From contig JBDKFG010000016.1 in NCBI GenBank assembly GCA_039798785.1, forward strand, positions 8,559 to 72,558: a DNA stretch of 64,000 bases, read 5' to 3'. The DNA is from Verrucomicrobiota bacterium (GTDB taxonomy: Bacteria; Verrucomicrobiota; Lentisphaeria; Lentisphaerales; Lentisphaeraceae). Of the stretch, positions 46,201 to 56,135 are shown piece after piece. The translations under genes and the position numbers were made by a program. The notes under the pieces were generated by a model, which was not told the origin of the DNA, made no database searches, and saw only the letters and a list, made by a program, of their open reading frames with translations. How positions within the stretch are numbered: the stretch's first letter is position 1; each line of letters begins with the position of its first letter.

Positions 46201-47466
46201 ATGAGTGAGTGGAAAAGAGAAAAACTTGTTTCTTTGTGTGAGCAAATTGCGGATTGCCCTCATTCAACGCCACTTTGGACCAGTAGCGGTGAACTAGTAT
46301 TGCGAAGCCAAAATATTAGGAATGGCAGACTAGATCTAAGCGAGAGAAGCTACACAGATAAAGAACATTTTGAGCAAAGAAGCCGTAGAGCTCGTTTGCG
46401 CGGTGGTGATCTCGTAATTACTCGTGAAGCTCCAATGGGGGAAGTGTGTTTAATTCCTGACGGTCTTCGTTGTTGTTTAGGACAACGTATGGTCATGCTT
46501 CGTCCAAATCCCCAAAAATGTGATTCAAAATTTCTCTTATACGCGATTCAATCAAATGCTGTTCAAGCTGAAATTAAGGTCAATGAAGGCACTGGCTCAA
46601 CGGTCAGTAACTTGCGTATTCCATTGCTGGAAGCATTGCCCATTCCAACCCCCCCTCTCCCGCAGCAAAAGCGCATCGCCAAGATTCTCGGTGATCTCGA
46701 CGACAAAATCGAGCTCAACCGGAAGATGAACGCCACACTCGAAGAGATGGCCCGCGCCCTCTTCAAATCCTGGTTCGTCGACTTCGACCCCGTCCACGCC
46801 AAAGCCGCCGGACGCCCCCCCGCCGGCATGGACGCGGAAACAGCAAAACTCTTCCCCAGTGAGTTCGTCGAGTCGGAATTGGGAATGATCCCGAAGGGGT
46901 GGAGAGTGGGGACGGTGGGGGAAGAGTTTAATCTGCTCATGGGTCAATCCCCGCCTGGTGAAACCTATAATGAAATCGGGGATGGCCTTCCGTTTTATCA
47001 AGGCTGCACTGACTTTGGATTCCGCTTCCCCACGCGTCGTATTTATTGTAACGCCCCCACAAGGGTTGCTAAAGACGGCGATACTCTTGTCAGTGTTCGC
47101 GCGCCTGTTGGTCGAATCAATATGGCCAATGAGGAATGCTGTATTGGTCGCGGTGTCGCATCCATTCGCCACAAAAATGGGTGCACATCATTTACCTATC
47201 ATAGTATGGCCAACTTGGAGACAATTTTCTCCAAGTTCGAAGCTGAAGGAACTGTTTTTGGATCAATCAATAAGCAGAATTTTGAAAACATCAAGATTGT
47301 CTCCCCATCACATGAGATAATTGCGATGTTCGAGAAGACTGCAATTGGTCTTGATAATCAAATCAGGATCATTGAAAACCAATCACGTTCTCTCGCTAAG
47401 ATGCGCGATGAGTTGTTGCCGAAGTTATTGAGTGGGGAGCCAAGCACCTTCAAACTAGATTACTGA
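46201..47466 (+). CDS. hsdS: Type I R-M specificity subunit S
   Basis: Two AT-richer TRDs; PPLPQQKRIAKIL..LDDKIELN, IPKGW and RDELLPKLLSGE conserved regions. Confidence 0.95.
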   Translation: MSEWKREKLVSLCEQIADCPHSTPLWTSSGELVLRSQNIRNGRLDLSERSYTDKEHFEQRSRRARLRGGDLVITREAPMGEVCLIPDGLRCCLGQRMVMLRPNPQKCDSKFLLYAIQSNAVQAEIKVNEGTGSTVSNLRIPLLEALPIPTPPLPQQKRIAKILGDLDDKIELNRKMNATLEEMARALFKSWFVDFDPVHAKAAGRPPAGMDAETAKLFPSEFVESELGMIPKGWRVGTVGEEFNLLMGQSPPGETYNEIGDGLPFYQGCTDFGFRFPTRRIYCNAPTRVAKDGDTLVSVRAPVGRINMANEECCIGRGVASIRHKNGCTSFTYHSMANLETIFSKFEAEGTVFGSINKQNFENIKIVSPSHEIIAMFEKTAIGLDNQIRIIENQSRSLAKMRDELLPKLLSGEPSTFKLDY

Positions 47467-47479
47467 ACGAAGGATTCTC

Positions 47480-49087
47480 ATGAGCGAACAACCTGCACGA
47501 CACGTTCAAATGCCGCCAACAGCGAAATTCCCTAGTGGTCATAATCTGCCACTTCGTGATAGAGTTCTTGTAGTTATAGGCGCAAATGGTTCAGGGAAGA
47601 CACGCTTTGGTGTGTGGCTTGATAATAAAAATGTCAGGCTGCATCACAGGGTTTCAGCTCATCGATCACTAAGTTTTCCCGAAAAAGTTCGGCCGACTGA
47701 CTTAAACGAAGCCGAACAGCTTCTGTTGATTGGTCACCAAGAGAAAACAAAACCAGAGCACTATCGCCAGCACGGTCGTTGGCAAAATAAACCAGAGATT
47801 GCTTTGCTTAATGATTTTGAACCTCTCGTTACTGTGATGGTGTCCGAGAGTTTTGTCGTGAGTGACAAATACAGATTATCAATGACTGCGACGACTGAAT
47901 ATGTAAAACCTCCCAAAACCAAGCTGGATCTTGTTAAGGAAATATGGGAGGCAGTACTGCCGGATAGGGAGTTGGTTTATACTGGAAGTCGTATTGAGAC
48001 GAGAAATCGAAAGGATGGCGGTCTTTATCACGCCAAAGAAATGAGTGACGGAGAGCGTGGCATTTTCTATTTAATCGGAGAAGCTCTGTGCGTACCTCAA
48101 GACGGCCTTTTTATAGTGGACGAACCAGAATTGCATCTTCATCGAGCAATCCAATCGCGCCTTTGGGATGCAGTTGAGGCTGCCCGGCCAGACTGCACAT
48201 TTGTCTACATCACACACGACCTTGGATTCGCTGTGTCGCGTAAAGATGCAACAAAGGTTTGGCTGCGCGAATACACCAGCGGCAGCTGGGATTGGGAAGA
48301 AGTTCCAGAAATAGGTGCCTTTCCAGAATCATTGCTATTGGAGATAATGGGAAGTCGGAGGCCGGTGCTGTTTGTAGAGGGAGATCGCAATAGCTTAGAT
48401 TATTTCATCTATGGCAAGATTTTCCCTGAATATACCGTAATTCCATGCGGGTCATGTGAGAGCGTAATACATTCCGTAAGTAGCTTCGGTCATCTGTACT
48501 CCCTCCACCATAATAAATGTGGTGGTATCATTGATAACGACGGGCGTACAAGTTCTGACATTCAGATGCTTAATGATCTCGGCATCGCAGTTCTTCCAGT
48601 TGCGCTTATTGAAAACCTGTTTTTGTCAGAAGATCTGCTTGTAATTGCATCAGAGCGTCTTGGGCATGCGCCGAGTGAAGTCGTGTCGAAAATTAAAGAA
48701 CGTGTATTCAATAAATTTCATAGCAAGGCTGTAGAGGTTACGTCCAATCTTACTCGTCAAGAAATTGAAACTGCGCTCCGAACTTTTGGAAAAGGGGGCG
48801 ATGGAGCAGAGTCTCTTTCGGCAGACTTTAAGAGTTCGTGCGACTCGATTGACCCCAAGGCAATATACGCAAAATGGGAAAATGAAATCGCACGAGTGAT
48901 GTCCGGCAAAGACTATGAGGCCGCGCTGCGCTACTACAAAATAAAAGGGCTTCATGCAGAAGCTGGTCACGTTATTGGGGTAAAATATCAGGACCAAATG
49001 ATGCGATGGTTGCGTAGCCAGGACTCAACTCCGATAGTGCATGCTCTCCGTTTGGCAATCCCGCAAATTCCAGATCGCGCCCAATGA
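47480..49087 (+). CDS. Fused ABC-type ATPase + TOPRIM/DUF4435 nuclease (PARIS-merged/OLD-like defence protein)
   Basis: GANGSGKT, MSDGER, IVDEPELHLH and THD ABC motifs; FVEGD..SLD, IIDND and IEN TOPRIM/DUF4435-like motifs; lower GC. Confidence 0.75.
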   Translation: MSEQPARHVQMPPTAKFPSGHNLPLRDRVLVVIGANGSGKTRFGVWLDNKNVRLHHRVSAHRSLSFPEKVRPTDLNEAEQLLLIGHQEKTKPEHYRQHGRWQNKPEIALLNDFEPLVTVMVSESFVVSDKYRLSMTATTEYVKPPKTKLDLVKEIWEAVLPDRELVYTGSRIETRNRKDGGLYHAKEMSDGERGIFYLIGEALCVPQDGLFIVDEPELHLHRAIQSRLWDAVEAARPDCTFVYITHDLGFAVSRKDATKVWLREYTSGSWDWEEVPEIGAFPESLLLEIMGSRRPVLFVEGDRNSLDYFIYGKIFPEYTVIPCGSCESVIHSVSSFGHLYSLHHNKCGGIIDNDGRTSSDIQMLNDLGIAVLPVALIENLFLSEDLLVIASERLGHAPSEVVSKIKERVFNKFHSKAVEVTSNLTRQEIETALRTFGKGGDGAESLSADFKSSCDSIDPKAIYAKWENEIARVMSGKDYEAALRYYKIKGLHAEAGHVIGVKYQDQMMRWLRSQDSTPIVHALRLAIPQIPDRAQ

Positions 49088-49114
49088 GCGCCTCTGCCGC
49101 CATTATGCATGAAA

Positions 49115-49266
49115 GCGCCACGGGAGTGGCGCGCTCCCAGGGGGAACATGGCGCATGTGGACATGCGCGCTCCCAGGGCGAGCACGAACATGGCGCATGT
49201 GGACATGCGCGCTCCCAGGAAACACAAAGCGGAGCTGGAGCTCCGCGCTCCCAGGGACGCTCCCGG
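49115..49266 (-). repeat. REP-like cluster 2 (4 hairpin units + partial), inverted relative to cluster 1
   Basis: Units at 49115, 49151, 49193 and 49229; two are exact reverse complements of 46158..46181. Confidence 0.85.
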
Positions 49267-49289
49267 GGACGCTGCCAAGGAGTTTTCCC

Positions 49290-49460
49290 ATGAGTGAGGG
49301 CGAGATGCGGTTTGTGGAGGGGCGTGGGTGGCACTCGCGCGGCTACCTGCCGCACTGGGTCCGCGAACTCAGCTACCAGTCCCAAAAAGCAGAAGCCGAA
49401 CCTTGCGGGACGGCTTCGTTACTCCTTCCACACCTGGTGGGCGAGCTGAGAGCACGATAA
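49290..49460 (+). pseudogene. Truncated REP-associated tyrosine transposase (RAYT-like) N-terminus fused to an unrelated tail
   Basis: MSEGEMRFVEGRGWHSRGYLPHW matches the W(H/Y)SRGYLPH N-terminal motif of a RAYT group; AAGGAG RBS; no HUH or catalytic Tyr region follows. Confidence 0.6.
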
Positions 49461-49502
49461 CTTAGACGGCTTACCTGTCAACCGCATTCTCCGAGGATAC
49501 CC

Positions 49503-51338
49503 ATGCTTGACCTCCACACCCTTTCTGACCTGTCCCGGCTACGCGAGAGCGTCGACCTGGAGTGCAAGCTTGCGGCTGGACGGGATGGGCAAGGAGCGGT
49601 GCCGGAGGATTTTTGGCCGAGCTACAGCGCCTTCGCCAACACCCAGGGCGGCGTGGTTTTGCTCGGGCTGCGGGAGAAGAAGGGCGTCTTCAGCGTCGAG
49701 GGCATCGCCAATCCCGCCAAGGTGCGCAAGGAGCTCTTCGACACGGCGAACAGCCGCCAGAAGGTGAACTGCAACCTGCTCAGCGACGCCTCGGTGCAGG
49801 AGATCATCATCGAGGGCAAGACTTTGCTGCGGATTGAGATTCCCCGCGCCCACCGCAAACAGAAGCCGGTTTTCCTCGGCACCAATCCCTTTGGCCACAG
49901 CTACCGCCGCCTCAATTGCGGCGACCGCGTTCTGGCCGACGAGGAAGTCCGGCGGATGATCGCCGAGCAGGTCAGCGAATCGCGGGATACGCAAATCCTT
50001 CCCTGCCACGGGATGAGCTCCTTGGATCTGGGCAGCCTGCACGCCTATCGCAACCACTTCGCCAGCCATCGCCTCGGGCATCCTTGGATTGACCTCGACG
50101 ACCGTGAGTTCCTCCGGCAGATCGGCGGTTGGCGGGCCGACCCCGTCCGGCAGGAAGAGGGTTTGACTCTTGCCGGCTTGCTGATGTTCGGCCGCTCGAC
50201 CGAGATCGAAGGCGTCTTCCCCTCCTACTTCCTCGACTACCAGGAGCTGCCTTCCGACACCCGCGAGACCCGCTGGCTCGACCGCGTCGTGCCCGACGGC
50301 ACCTGGTCCGGCAATCTCTTCGACTTCTTCCGCAAGGTCCACCTCAAGCTGACGGCGGACCTCAAGGTGCCCTTCGTGTTGAAAGGGGAAATCCGGCAGG
50401 ATGAGACCCCGACCCATCAGGCCCTGCGCGAGGCCCTGATCAACGCCTTGGTGCATGCCGACTACAGCGACCGCGCCTCGGTCAAGATCGTCAAGAATCC
50501 CGCCGGCTTCAGCTTCCGCAATCCCGGCTTGATGCGAGTTCCTCCGGATCAGGCGCTGCATGGCGGCGAGAGCGACTGCCGCAACGCCACCCTGCACAAG
50601 ATGTTCCTCCTCATCGGCCTAGGCGAGCGCGCCGGCTCCGGCCTGCCGAAGATCCGCCACGGATGGCGCGGCCCCATCAGCCTCAGCGACAGCATGGACC
50701 CCTACAACCAGAGCATCCTGCGCCTGAGCCCGGAAGTCGAGGCACAAGTCAGTGACCAAGTCAGTGACCAAGTCACCGCACAAGTCGAGACTCCAGGGGC
50801 CCTGTCAGGGGGTAGTGAGCAAGTCGCCGGGGAAGTCGCCCCTCAAGTCACCCCTCAAGTCAACCCTCAAGTCACCCCTCAAGTCGAGGCACAAGTCGAT
50901 TCTTCAAGGCTAGAGTCAGTGCTTCGAGCAGGGGTTACGGCACCAGTCACGGCACCAGTCACGGCACCAGTCGAGACTCCAGGGGCCCAGTCAGGGGCCC
51001 AAGTCGAGTCACGGCTAGAGTCACGGCTAGAGTCACGGCTAGAGTCACGGCTAGAGTCACGGCTAGAGTCACGGCTAGAGTCACGGCTAGAGTCACGGCT
51101 AGAGTCACGGTTAGCAGCTTTAATCGTTATGCTGCTCATCAATGAAGAGTCCGGCAAGATTGGAATGGCTAAGTATCTGGGACATAAAACGGTTTCAGGG
51201 GAATTGCACAAACAGATCCAACGCCTCCTCGCCGCCGGCCTGATCGAGATGACCATCCCCGACAAGCCGAACAGCCGTTTACAGAAGTACCGCCTCACTG
51301 CCAAGGGGCGCCAATTCCTTTCCGGAGATCCCTCATGA
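49503..51338 (+). CDS. Schlafen/AlbA_2 + HATPase_c_4 + C-terminal HTH protein with tetrapeptide-repeat linker
   Basis: [39 protein letters not shown] and [26 protein letters not shown]. Confidence 0.8.
   Translation: MLDLHTLSDLSRLRESVDLECKLAAGRDGQGAVPEDFWPSYSAFANTQGGVVLLGLREKKGVFSVEGIANPAKVRKELFDTANSRQKVNCNLLSDASVQEIIIEGKTLLRIEIPRAHRKQKPVFLGTNPFGHSYRRLNCGDRVLADEEVRRMIAEQVSESRDTQILPCHGMSSLDLGSLHAYRNHFASHRLGHPWIDLDDREFLRQIGGWRADPVRQEEGLTLAGLLMFGRSTEIEGVFPSYFLDYQELPSDTRETRWLDRVVPDGTWSGNLFDFFRKVHLKLTADLKVPFVLKGEIRQDETPTHQALREALINALVHADYSDRASVKIVKNPAGFSFRNPGLMRVPPDQALHGGESDCRNATLHKMFLLIGLGERAGSGLPKIRHGWRGPISLSDSMDPYNQSILRLSPEVEAQVSDQVSDQVTAQVETPGALSGGSEQVAGEVAPQVTPQVNPQVTPQVEAQVDSSRLESVLRAGVTAPVTAPVTAPVETPGAQSGAQVESRLESRLESRLESRLESRLESRLESRLESRLESRLAALIVMLLINEESGKIGMAKYLGHKTVSGELHKQIQRLLAAGLIEMTIPDKPNSRLQKYRLTAKGRQFLSGDPS
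50733..51113 (+). repeat. 12-bp periodic coding minisatellite, including GAGTCACGGCTA x8 + 1 variant (51006..51113)
   Basis: Encodes QVSD, QVTP, VTAP and (ESRL)9 blocks, nearly all sharing an AGTC core. Confidence 0.92.
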
Positions 51339-54300
51339 GCCTCAGCGAAGCCGACTTGGAAGAGATCGCCCTCAACTGGTTCCGCGAGCTGGGCTACCAG
51401 GTGCTCGGCGCGGAGGAGATGATCCCTTCGCCCGGGGGCGAGCGGGCCAGCCCGGGCGACGTGGTCCTGGTCGGGCGTCTGCGCGCTGCGCTGGCCCGGC
51501 TGAACCCGGGCATGCCCGAGAGCGCCCGCGAGGAGGCCTTGAGGAAGGTGCTCTTCCCCGAGACCTCGTCGCTGATCGCCAACAACCGGCGCTTCCACAA
51601 GTTCCTCTGCGAAGGAGTCGACGTGGAGTATCAGCGGGCCGACGGCAGCACCAAGGGCGACAAGGCCTTGCTGATCGATGTTGCGGAACCCGCGAACAAC
51701 GACTTCCTCGCGGTCAACCAGTTCACCGTGGTCGAGGGCCAGCACAAGCGCCGGCCCGACATCGTCGTCTTCGTCAACGGCCTGCCGCTGGGTTTGATCG
51801 AGCTGAAAAACGCGGTGGACGAGAACACCACTATTTGGGACGCCTACAAGCAGGTGCAGACCTACAAGCAGGAGCTGCCCGGGTTGCTCGGCTACAACGA
51901 AGTGCTGGTTCTCTCCGACGGCTTCCAGGCGCGGATCGGCTCGCTCACCGCCAATCAGGAGTGGTTCAAGGTGTGGCGGACCATCGAGGGCGACAAGGAA
52001 GCGCCGAAGACCGCTCTGGAAGCTGAGATCCTGATCCGCGGCGTCTTCGACAAGAGCCGCTTCGTCGAGCTGGTGCGGCATTTCGTCACCTTCGAGGAAG
52101 ACCCCGACAGCGGCCGGGTGCACAAGATCATCGCCGCCTACCACCAGTTCCACGCGGTGAAGGCCGCGGTGAGCGAGACGGTGCGGGCCAGCGGTTTGGC
52201 CAAGCTCTGGGACAAAAGCGAGGTGGCGGAAGTGGCCGGCACCGCCTGGGCGGGACGGATGAACAGCGGCAAGGACGGCGACCGCCGCGCCGGCGTCGTC
52301 TGGCACACCCAGGGCAGCGGCAAGAGCTTCTCGATGCTGTTCTATGCCGCCCGGGTGATCGCCCAGCCCGAGATGCGCAACCCGACGGTGGTGGTGCTGA
52401 CCGACCGCAACGACCTCGACGACCAGCTCTTCGGCCAGTTCCTCCGCTGTCACGAGATCCTGCGGCAGAAACCGCAGCAGGCCGACGACCGCAACCACCT
52501 GCGCGAGCTGCTCCAGGTGGCCAGCGGCGGCGTCATCTTCTCCACCATGCAGAAGTTCCGCCCCGAGAAGGGCGAGAGAATGCCCTGTCTTTCCGAGCGC
52601 AGCAACATCGTGGTCATCGCCGACGAAGCCCACCGCAGCCAGTACGACCTGATCGACGGCCTCGCCCGCAACCTGCGCGATGCTTTGCCGCAGGCCAGCT
52701 TCATCGGCTTCACCGGCACCCCGATCGAGAGCAGCGACGCCAACACCCGCGCCATCTTCGGCGACTACATCAGCATCTACGACATCCAGCGCGCGGTGAG
52801 CGACGGCGCCACCGTGCCGATCTACTACGAGAGCCGCATCGCCAAGCTGGCCCTGAACCAGGCCGAGCTGCCCAAGATCGACGAGGAGTTCGACGAGATC
52901 ACCGAGGGCGAAGAAGAGACCGAGAAGCAGAAGCTCAAGAGCAAGTGGGCCGCCATCGAGGCCCTGGTCGGCTCGCCCAAGCGTCTCGACCTGATCGCCG
53001 CCGACCTGATCGCCCACTACGAGAAGCGCAGCGAGGCGGTCGAGGGCAAGGCGATGGTGGTGTGCATGAGCCGCACCATCTGCGTCGAACTCTACGAGGC
53101 GCTCATCCGCCTGCGTCCCGAGTGGGCCAGCGCCAAGGACGACAATCTCGAAGAGGAGCGCGGCAAGGATTGCGTCGTCAAGATCGTGATGACCGGCAGC
53201 GCCGACGACGGCCCCGAGTGGCAGGCGCACATCCGCAACAAGCAGCGCCGCCGCGAGCTCGCCAGCCGCTTCAAAGACAGCAAGGACCCCTTCCGCATCG
53301 TCCTCGTCCGCGACATGTGGCTGACCGGTTTCGACGCCCCCTGCCTCTCCACCATGTACGCCGACAAGCCGATGCGCGGCCACGGTCTGATGCAGGCCAT
53401 CGCCCGGGTCAACCGCGTTTTCCGCGACAAACCCGGCGGCCTGGTGGTGGACTACCTCGGCCTCGCAGATCAACTCAAGCAGGCCCTCGCCACCTACACC
53501 GAGAGCGGCGGCAAGGGCACGCCGCAGATCGACACCGCGCAGGCCATCGCGGTGATGGAGGAGAAGCACGGCGTGATCTGCGACCTGCTGCACGGCTTCG
53601 ACTGGAGCGCCTGGGCCGGAGGCAAGCCGGCGCAGCAGCTCGCCCTGATCCCGCCCGCCCAGGAGCATGTACTCGGGCTGGAGAAGGGCAAGGAGCGCTT
53701 CTGCGCCCTGGTCACCGAACTCTCCCGCGCCTTCGCCCTCTGCGCCGCCAGCGAGGCCGCCGCCGAGATCCGCGACGACCTCGCCTTCTTCCAGGCGGTC
53801 AAGGCCCAGCTCGCCAAGACCTCGGTCAGCGAACGCAGTCCCGACGAACTCAACCGCGCCGTGCGTCAGCTCGTCTCCAGTGCGATCATGGCCGACGAGG
53901 GCATCATCGACGTCTTCACCGCCGCCGGACTGAAGAAGCCGGATATCAGCATCCTCTCCGACAAGTTCCTCACCGAGGTGCGTGGCCTGAAGCACAAGAA
54001 CGTCGCCGCCGAGCTCCTCGCCAAGCTGCTCAAGGGCGAAGTGAAATCCTATTCCCGCCAGAACCTGGTGAAGAGCCAGCAGTTCAGCGACATGCTGCAG
54101 AAGACCCTGAACGCCTACCACAACCGCGCCATCGCCACCCACGAAGTGCTGGAGGAGCTGATCAAGCTCGCCAAGGAGATCGACGAAGCGACCAAGCGCG
54201 GCCAGGAACTCGGCCTCAACTCCGACGAGCTGGCCTTCTACGACGCCCTCGCCGCCAATGAAAGCGCCCTGCAAGCGATGAAGAGCGACGACCTGAAGGT

Positions 54301-54496
54301 GATCGCCGCCGAACTGGTCACCGCGGTGCGCAAGAACGTCACCATCGATTGGGAACGCCGCGAGGGCGCCCGCGCCCAGATCCGCCTCCTGGTGAAGAAG
54401 ATCCTCAAGCGACACGGCTTCCCGCCCGATTTGGCCGAGGAATCGACCAAGCTGGTGCTGCAGCAGGCGGAAGTGCTGTGTGCGGAGTGGGTGTGA
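51335..54496 (+). CDS. hsdR: Type I R-M restriction subunit R
   Basis: [17 protein letters not shown] nuclease motif, [19 protein letters not shown] and QAIARVNR. Confidence 0.95.
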   Translation: MSLSEADLEEIALNWFRELGYQVLGAEEMIPSPGGERASPGDVVLVGRLRAALARLNPGMPESAREEALRKVLFPETSSLIANNRRFHKFLCEGVDVEYQRADGSTKGDKALLIDVAEPANNDFLAVNQFTVVEGQHKRRPDIVVFVNGLPLGLIELKNAVDENTTIWDAYKQVQTYKQELPGLLGYNEVLVLSDGFQARIGSLTANQEWFKVWRTIEGDKEAPKTALEAEILIRGVFDKSRFVELVRHFVTFEEDPDSGRVHKIIAAYHQFHAVKAAVSETVRASGLAKLWDKSEVAEVAGTAWAGRMNSGKDGDRRAGVVWHTQGSGKSFSMLFYAARVIAQPEMRNPTVVVLTDRNDLDDQLFGQFLRCHEILRQKPQQADDRNHLRELLQVASGGVIFSTMQKFRPEKGERMPCLSERSNIVVIADEAHRSQYDLIDGLARNLRDALPQASFIGFTGTPIESSDANTRAIFGDYISIYDIQRAVSDGATVPIYYESRIAKLALNQAELPKIDEEFDEITEGEEETEKQKLKSKWAAIEALVGSPKRLDLIAADLIAHYEKRSEAVEGKAMVVCMSRTICVELYEALIRLRPEWASAKDDNLEEERGKDCVVKIVMTGSADDGPEWQAHIRNKQRRRELASRFKDSKDPFRIVLVRDMWLTGFDAPCLSTMYADKPMRGHGLMQAIARVNRVFRDKPGGLVVDYLGLADQLKQALATYTESGGKGTPQIDTAQAIAVMEEKHGVICDLLHGFDWSAWAGGKPAQQLALIPPAQEHVLGLEKGKERFCALVTELSRAFALCAASEAAAEIRDDLAFFQAVKAQLAKTSVSERSPDELNRAVRQLVSSAIMADEGIIDVFTAAGLKKPDISILSDKFLTEVRGLKHKNVAAELLAKLLKGEVKSYSRQNLVKSQQFSDMLQKTLNAYHNRAIATHEVLEELIKLAKEIDEATKRGQELGLNSDELAFYDALAANESALQAMKSDDLKVIAAELVTAVRKNVTIDWERREGARAQIRLLVKKILKRHGFPPDLAEESTKLVLQQAEVLCAEWV

Positions 54497-54638
54497 GCGA
54501 TAGAGAGGAATCGACTTTTTCGATCACAAAATGTTGATAAATGTTTACTTTGGCTGGCTCCCCTGACGATCTTGCTGGGGGACTTTTTTATTGTTTCTTA
54601 TTGACCCATTGACGCGAGAACAATTGTTTCCTCAAGCC

Positions 54639-55982
54639 TCAAGCCTCTAGCCTCTTGAGGGCAGCCTTCATCGCTGCCTTCATTTTCTCCGGGTCGCTCG
54701 CTTTCAGAGCCTTCCTGAGGATCGCCGCCGCCTCTTTGGCCTTGACTTCGGCGGGTGGTACTATCTCGGCTTCGATGAGATCTTCCGGGCTTCCTTTCTC
54801 CATTGGGGCAGGGGCGGCACTAAAGAAGTCCGGCAGCTTCTTCATGGCTTCGGCCTTGGCCTTGTCGGTGGCGTGATCGGCGTAAAGCGCAGTCATCTTC
54901 GGCGAGGCGTGCCCGACAATGCCTTGAACGATGGCCAGCGGGATGCCGGCTTCGGCGGCGAGATAGACGAAGGTGTGCCGGAGGGAGTGCAGGTCTTTGA
55001 AGACATGGGGGCGGCTGCGGTCTTCGATTCTGCGGCTGCGCTCAATGCCGAGTGAATCCAGCAAAGCGCCGAAGCTCTTGGAGAGCCGGGTTTCGTCTTT
55101 GTCGTACTGGCTCGCCAGCTCCGGGAAAACGGCTTCTCCTCGTTGGCCTTGCGGCTGCTCTTCGAGAAGGGCGCGAAGCTTGGGCATGACGGGAATTTTG
55201 ACCGCCTTCCCGGTCTTGCTGGTCTTCTTGTGAATCCAAGCGATGGAGCTGCGCAAGTCGACTTCGTCCCAAGTGAGTCGGCAGGCGTCACCGGTGCGCA
55301 GTCCGGTGCAAACGGCGAGGGTGACGAGTTGGCGCAGCATGGGACGCGATTCGGTGGCGTCTAGGATGGTGCGCAGCTCTTCGATGCTGAAGGCTTCGCG
55401 TTCTTCGCAATCGTTCGCCTTCTTGGGCAGGTTGAAGGGGTTCTTGTGGATTCCTGCCGAGTCCATGGCGGCGGCGAAGACGGCTTTCAGTGTGAGGTGG
55501 TACTTGTTGCGCGAGCGATTGGAGAGCGCGGCCGGGGCGATGCCTGCGCGGGTTTCAGCGAAGCGGCCGCTGCTGCTGAGTTCGTCAAGATATTCGGCGG
55601 CGTGGGTGGGTGTGATCTGCGCGACATGAGACAAGCCTTGTGCTTCGGCCCAAGCGCTGAAGTCCTGCCATTGGCTGGCGTTGCGGCTGGCTTGCTCTTC
55701 ACCACTTTCGTGGGTGCGCGGCGTCTTGACGAAAATTTCCCAAGCCTTGGCGAAGTCGACACTGGAACGGCTGGCTTTGATTTGCCGAATCCGTTCCATG
55801 GCTTCTTCCGGCTTGGCCTGTAAAACTGGATTGGCGTAGTTCTTCGCCCATTCCCGCGCTTCCTTCTCGGAAGTGCAGCCAGTGGCGATGTCTTTGCGTG
55901 AGCCATCGGGGGTGCGGACTCGCAAGTAGAAGCGAGCGCCTTTCTTAAGTAGGGTGCCTTCTCCGGCCTTGCGTGCTTTCAT
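54639..55982 (-). CDS. int: Tyrosine recombinase/integrase
   Basis: N-terminal arm-binding-like GEGTLLKKG.RFY; TGLR, KT, HSLRH, GH and Y catalytic set; AAGGA RBS before MKARK. Confidence 0.93.
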   Translation of the reverse strand: MKARKAGEGTLLKKGARFYLRVRTPDGSRKDIATGCTSEKEAREWAKNYANPVLQAKPEEAMERIRQIKASRSSVDFAKAWEIFVKTPRTHESGEEQASRNASQWQDFSAWAEAQGLSHVAQITPTHAAEYLDELSSSGRFAETRAGIAPAALSNRSRNKYHLTLKAVFAAAMDSAGIHKNPFNLPKKANDCEEREAFSIEELRTILDATESRPMLRQLVTLAVCTGLRTGDACRLTWDEVDLRSSIAWIHKKTSKTGKAVKIPVMPKLRALLEEQPQGQRGEAVFPELASQYDKDETRLSKSFGALLDSLGIERSRRIEDRSRPHVFKDLHSLRHTFVYLAAEAGIPLAIVQGIVGHASPKMTALYADHATDKAKAEAMKKLPDFFSAAPAPMEKGSPEDLIEAEIVPPAEVKAKEAAAILRKALKASDPEKMKAAMKAALKRLEA

Positions 55983-56135
55983 GCTGAATTCGTCCTTGGT
56001 GGTGGGAAGCTGGTGGGAAGATTTGTGGGCGGCGTCTGTGCAGGGGTGCGGCAACCCTTGGTTTTTCTTCCCACCACTCTTCCCACCATTCGTGCTCCTG
56101 TCAAGGGGTGACAAGCTCAGACATGGAGTGACAAC

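Noticed and set aside
49115..49266. Hairpin units as a mini CRISPR array
   Set aside because: Stems differ in sequence between units, spacers are short and partly duplicated, and there are no cas genes; a REP-like interpretation fits better
51006..51113. Tandem repeat as a CRISPR array
   Set aside because: 12-bp units with no spacers, in frame within a CDS; no cas genes in the window
50879..54415. 1178-aa minus-strand ORF
   Set aside because: Antisense shadow of hsdR caused by GC3 codon bias; no recognisable motifs
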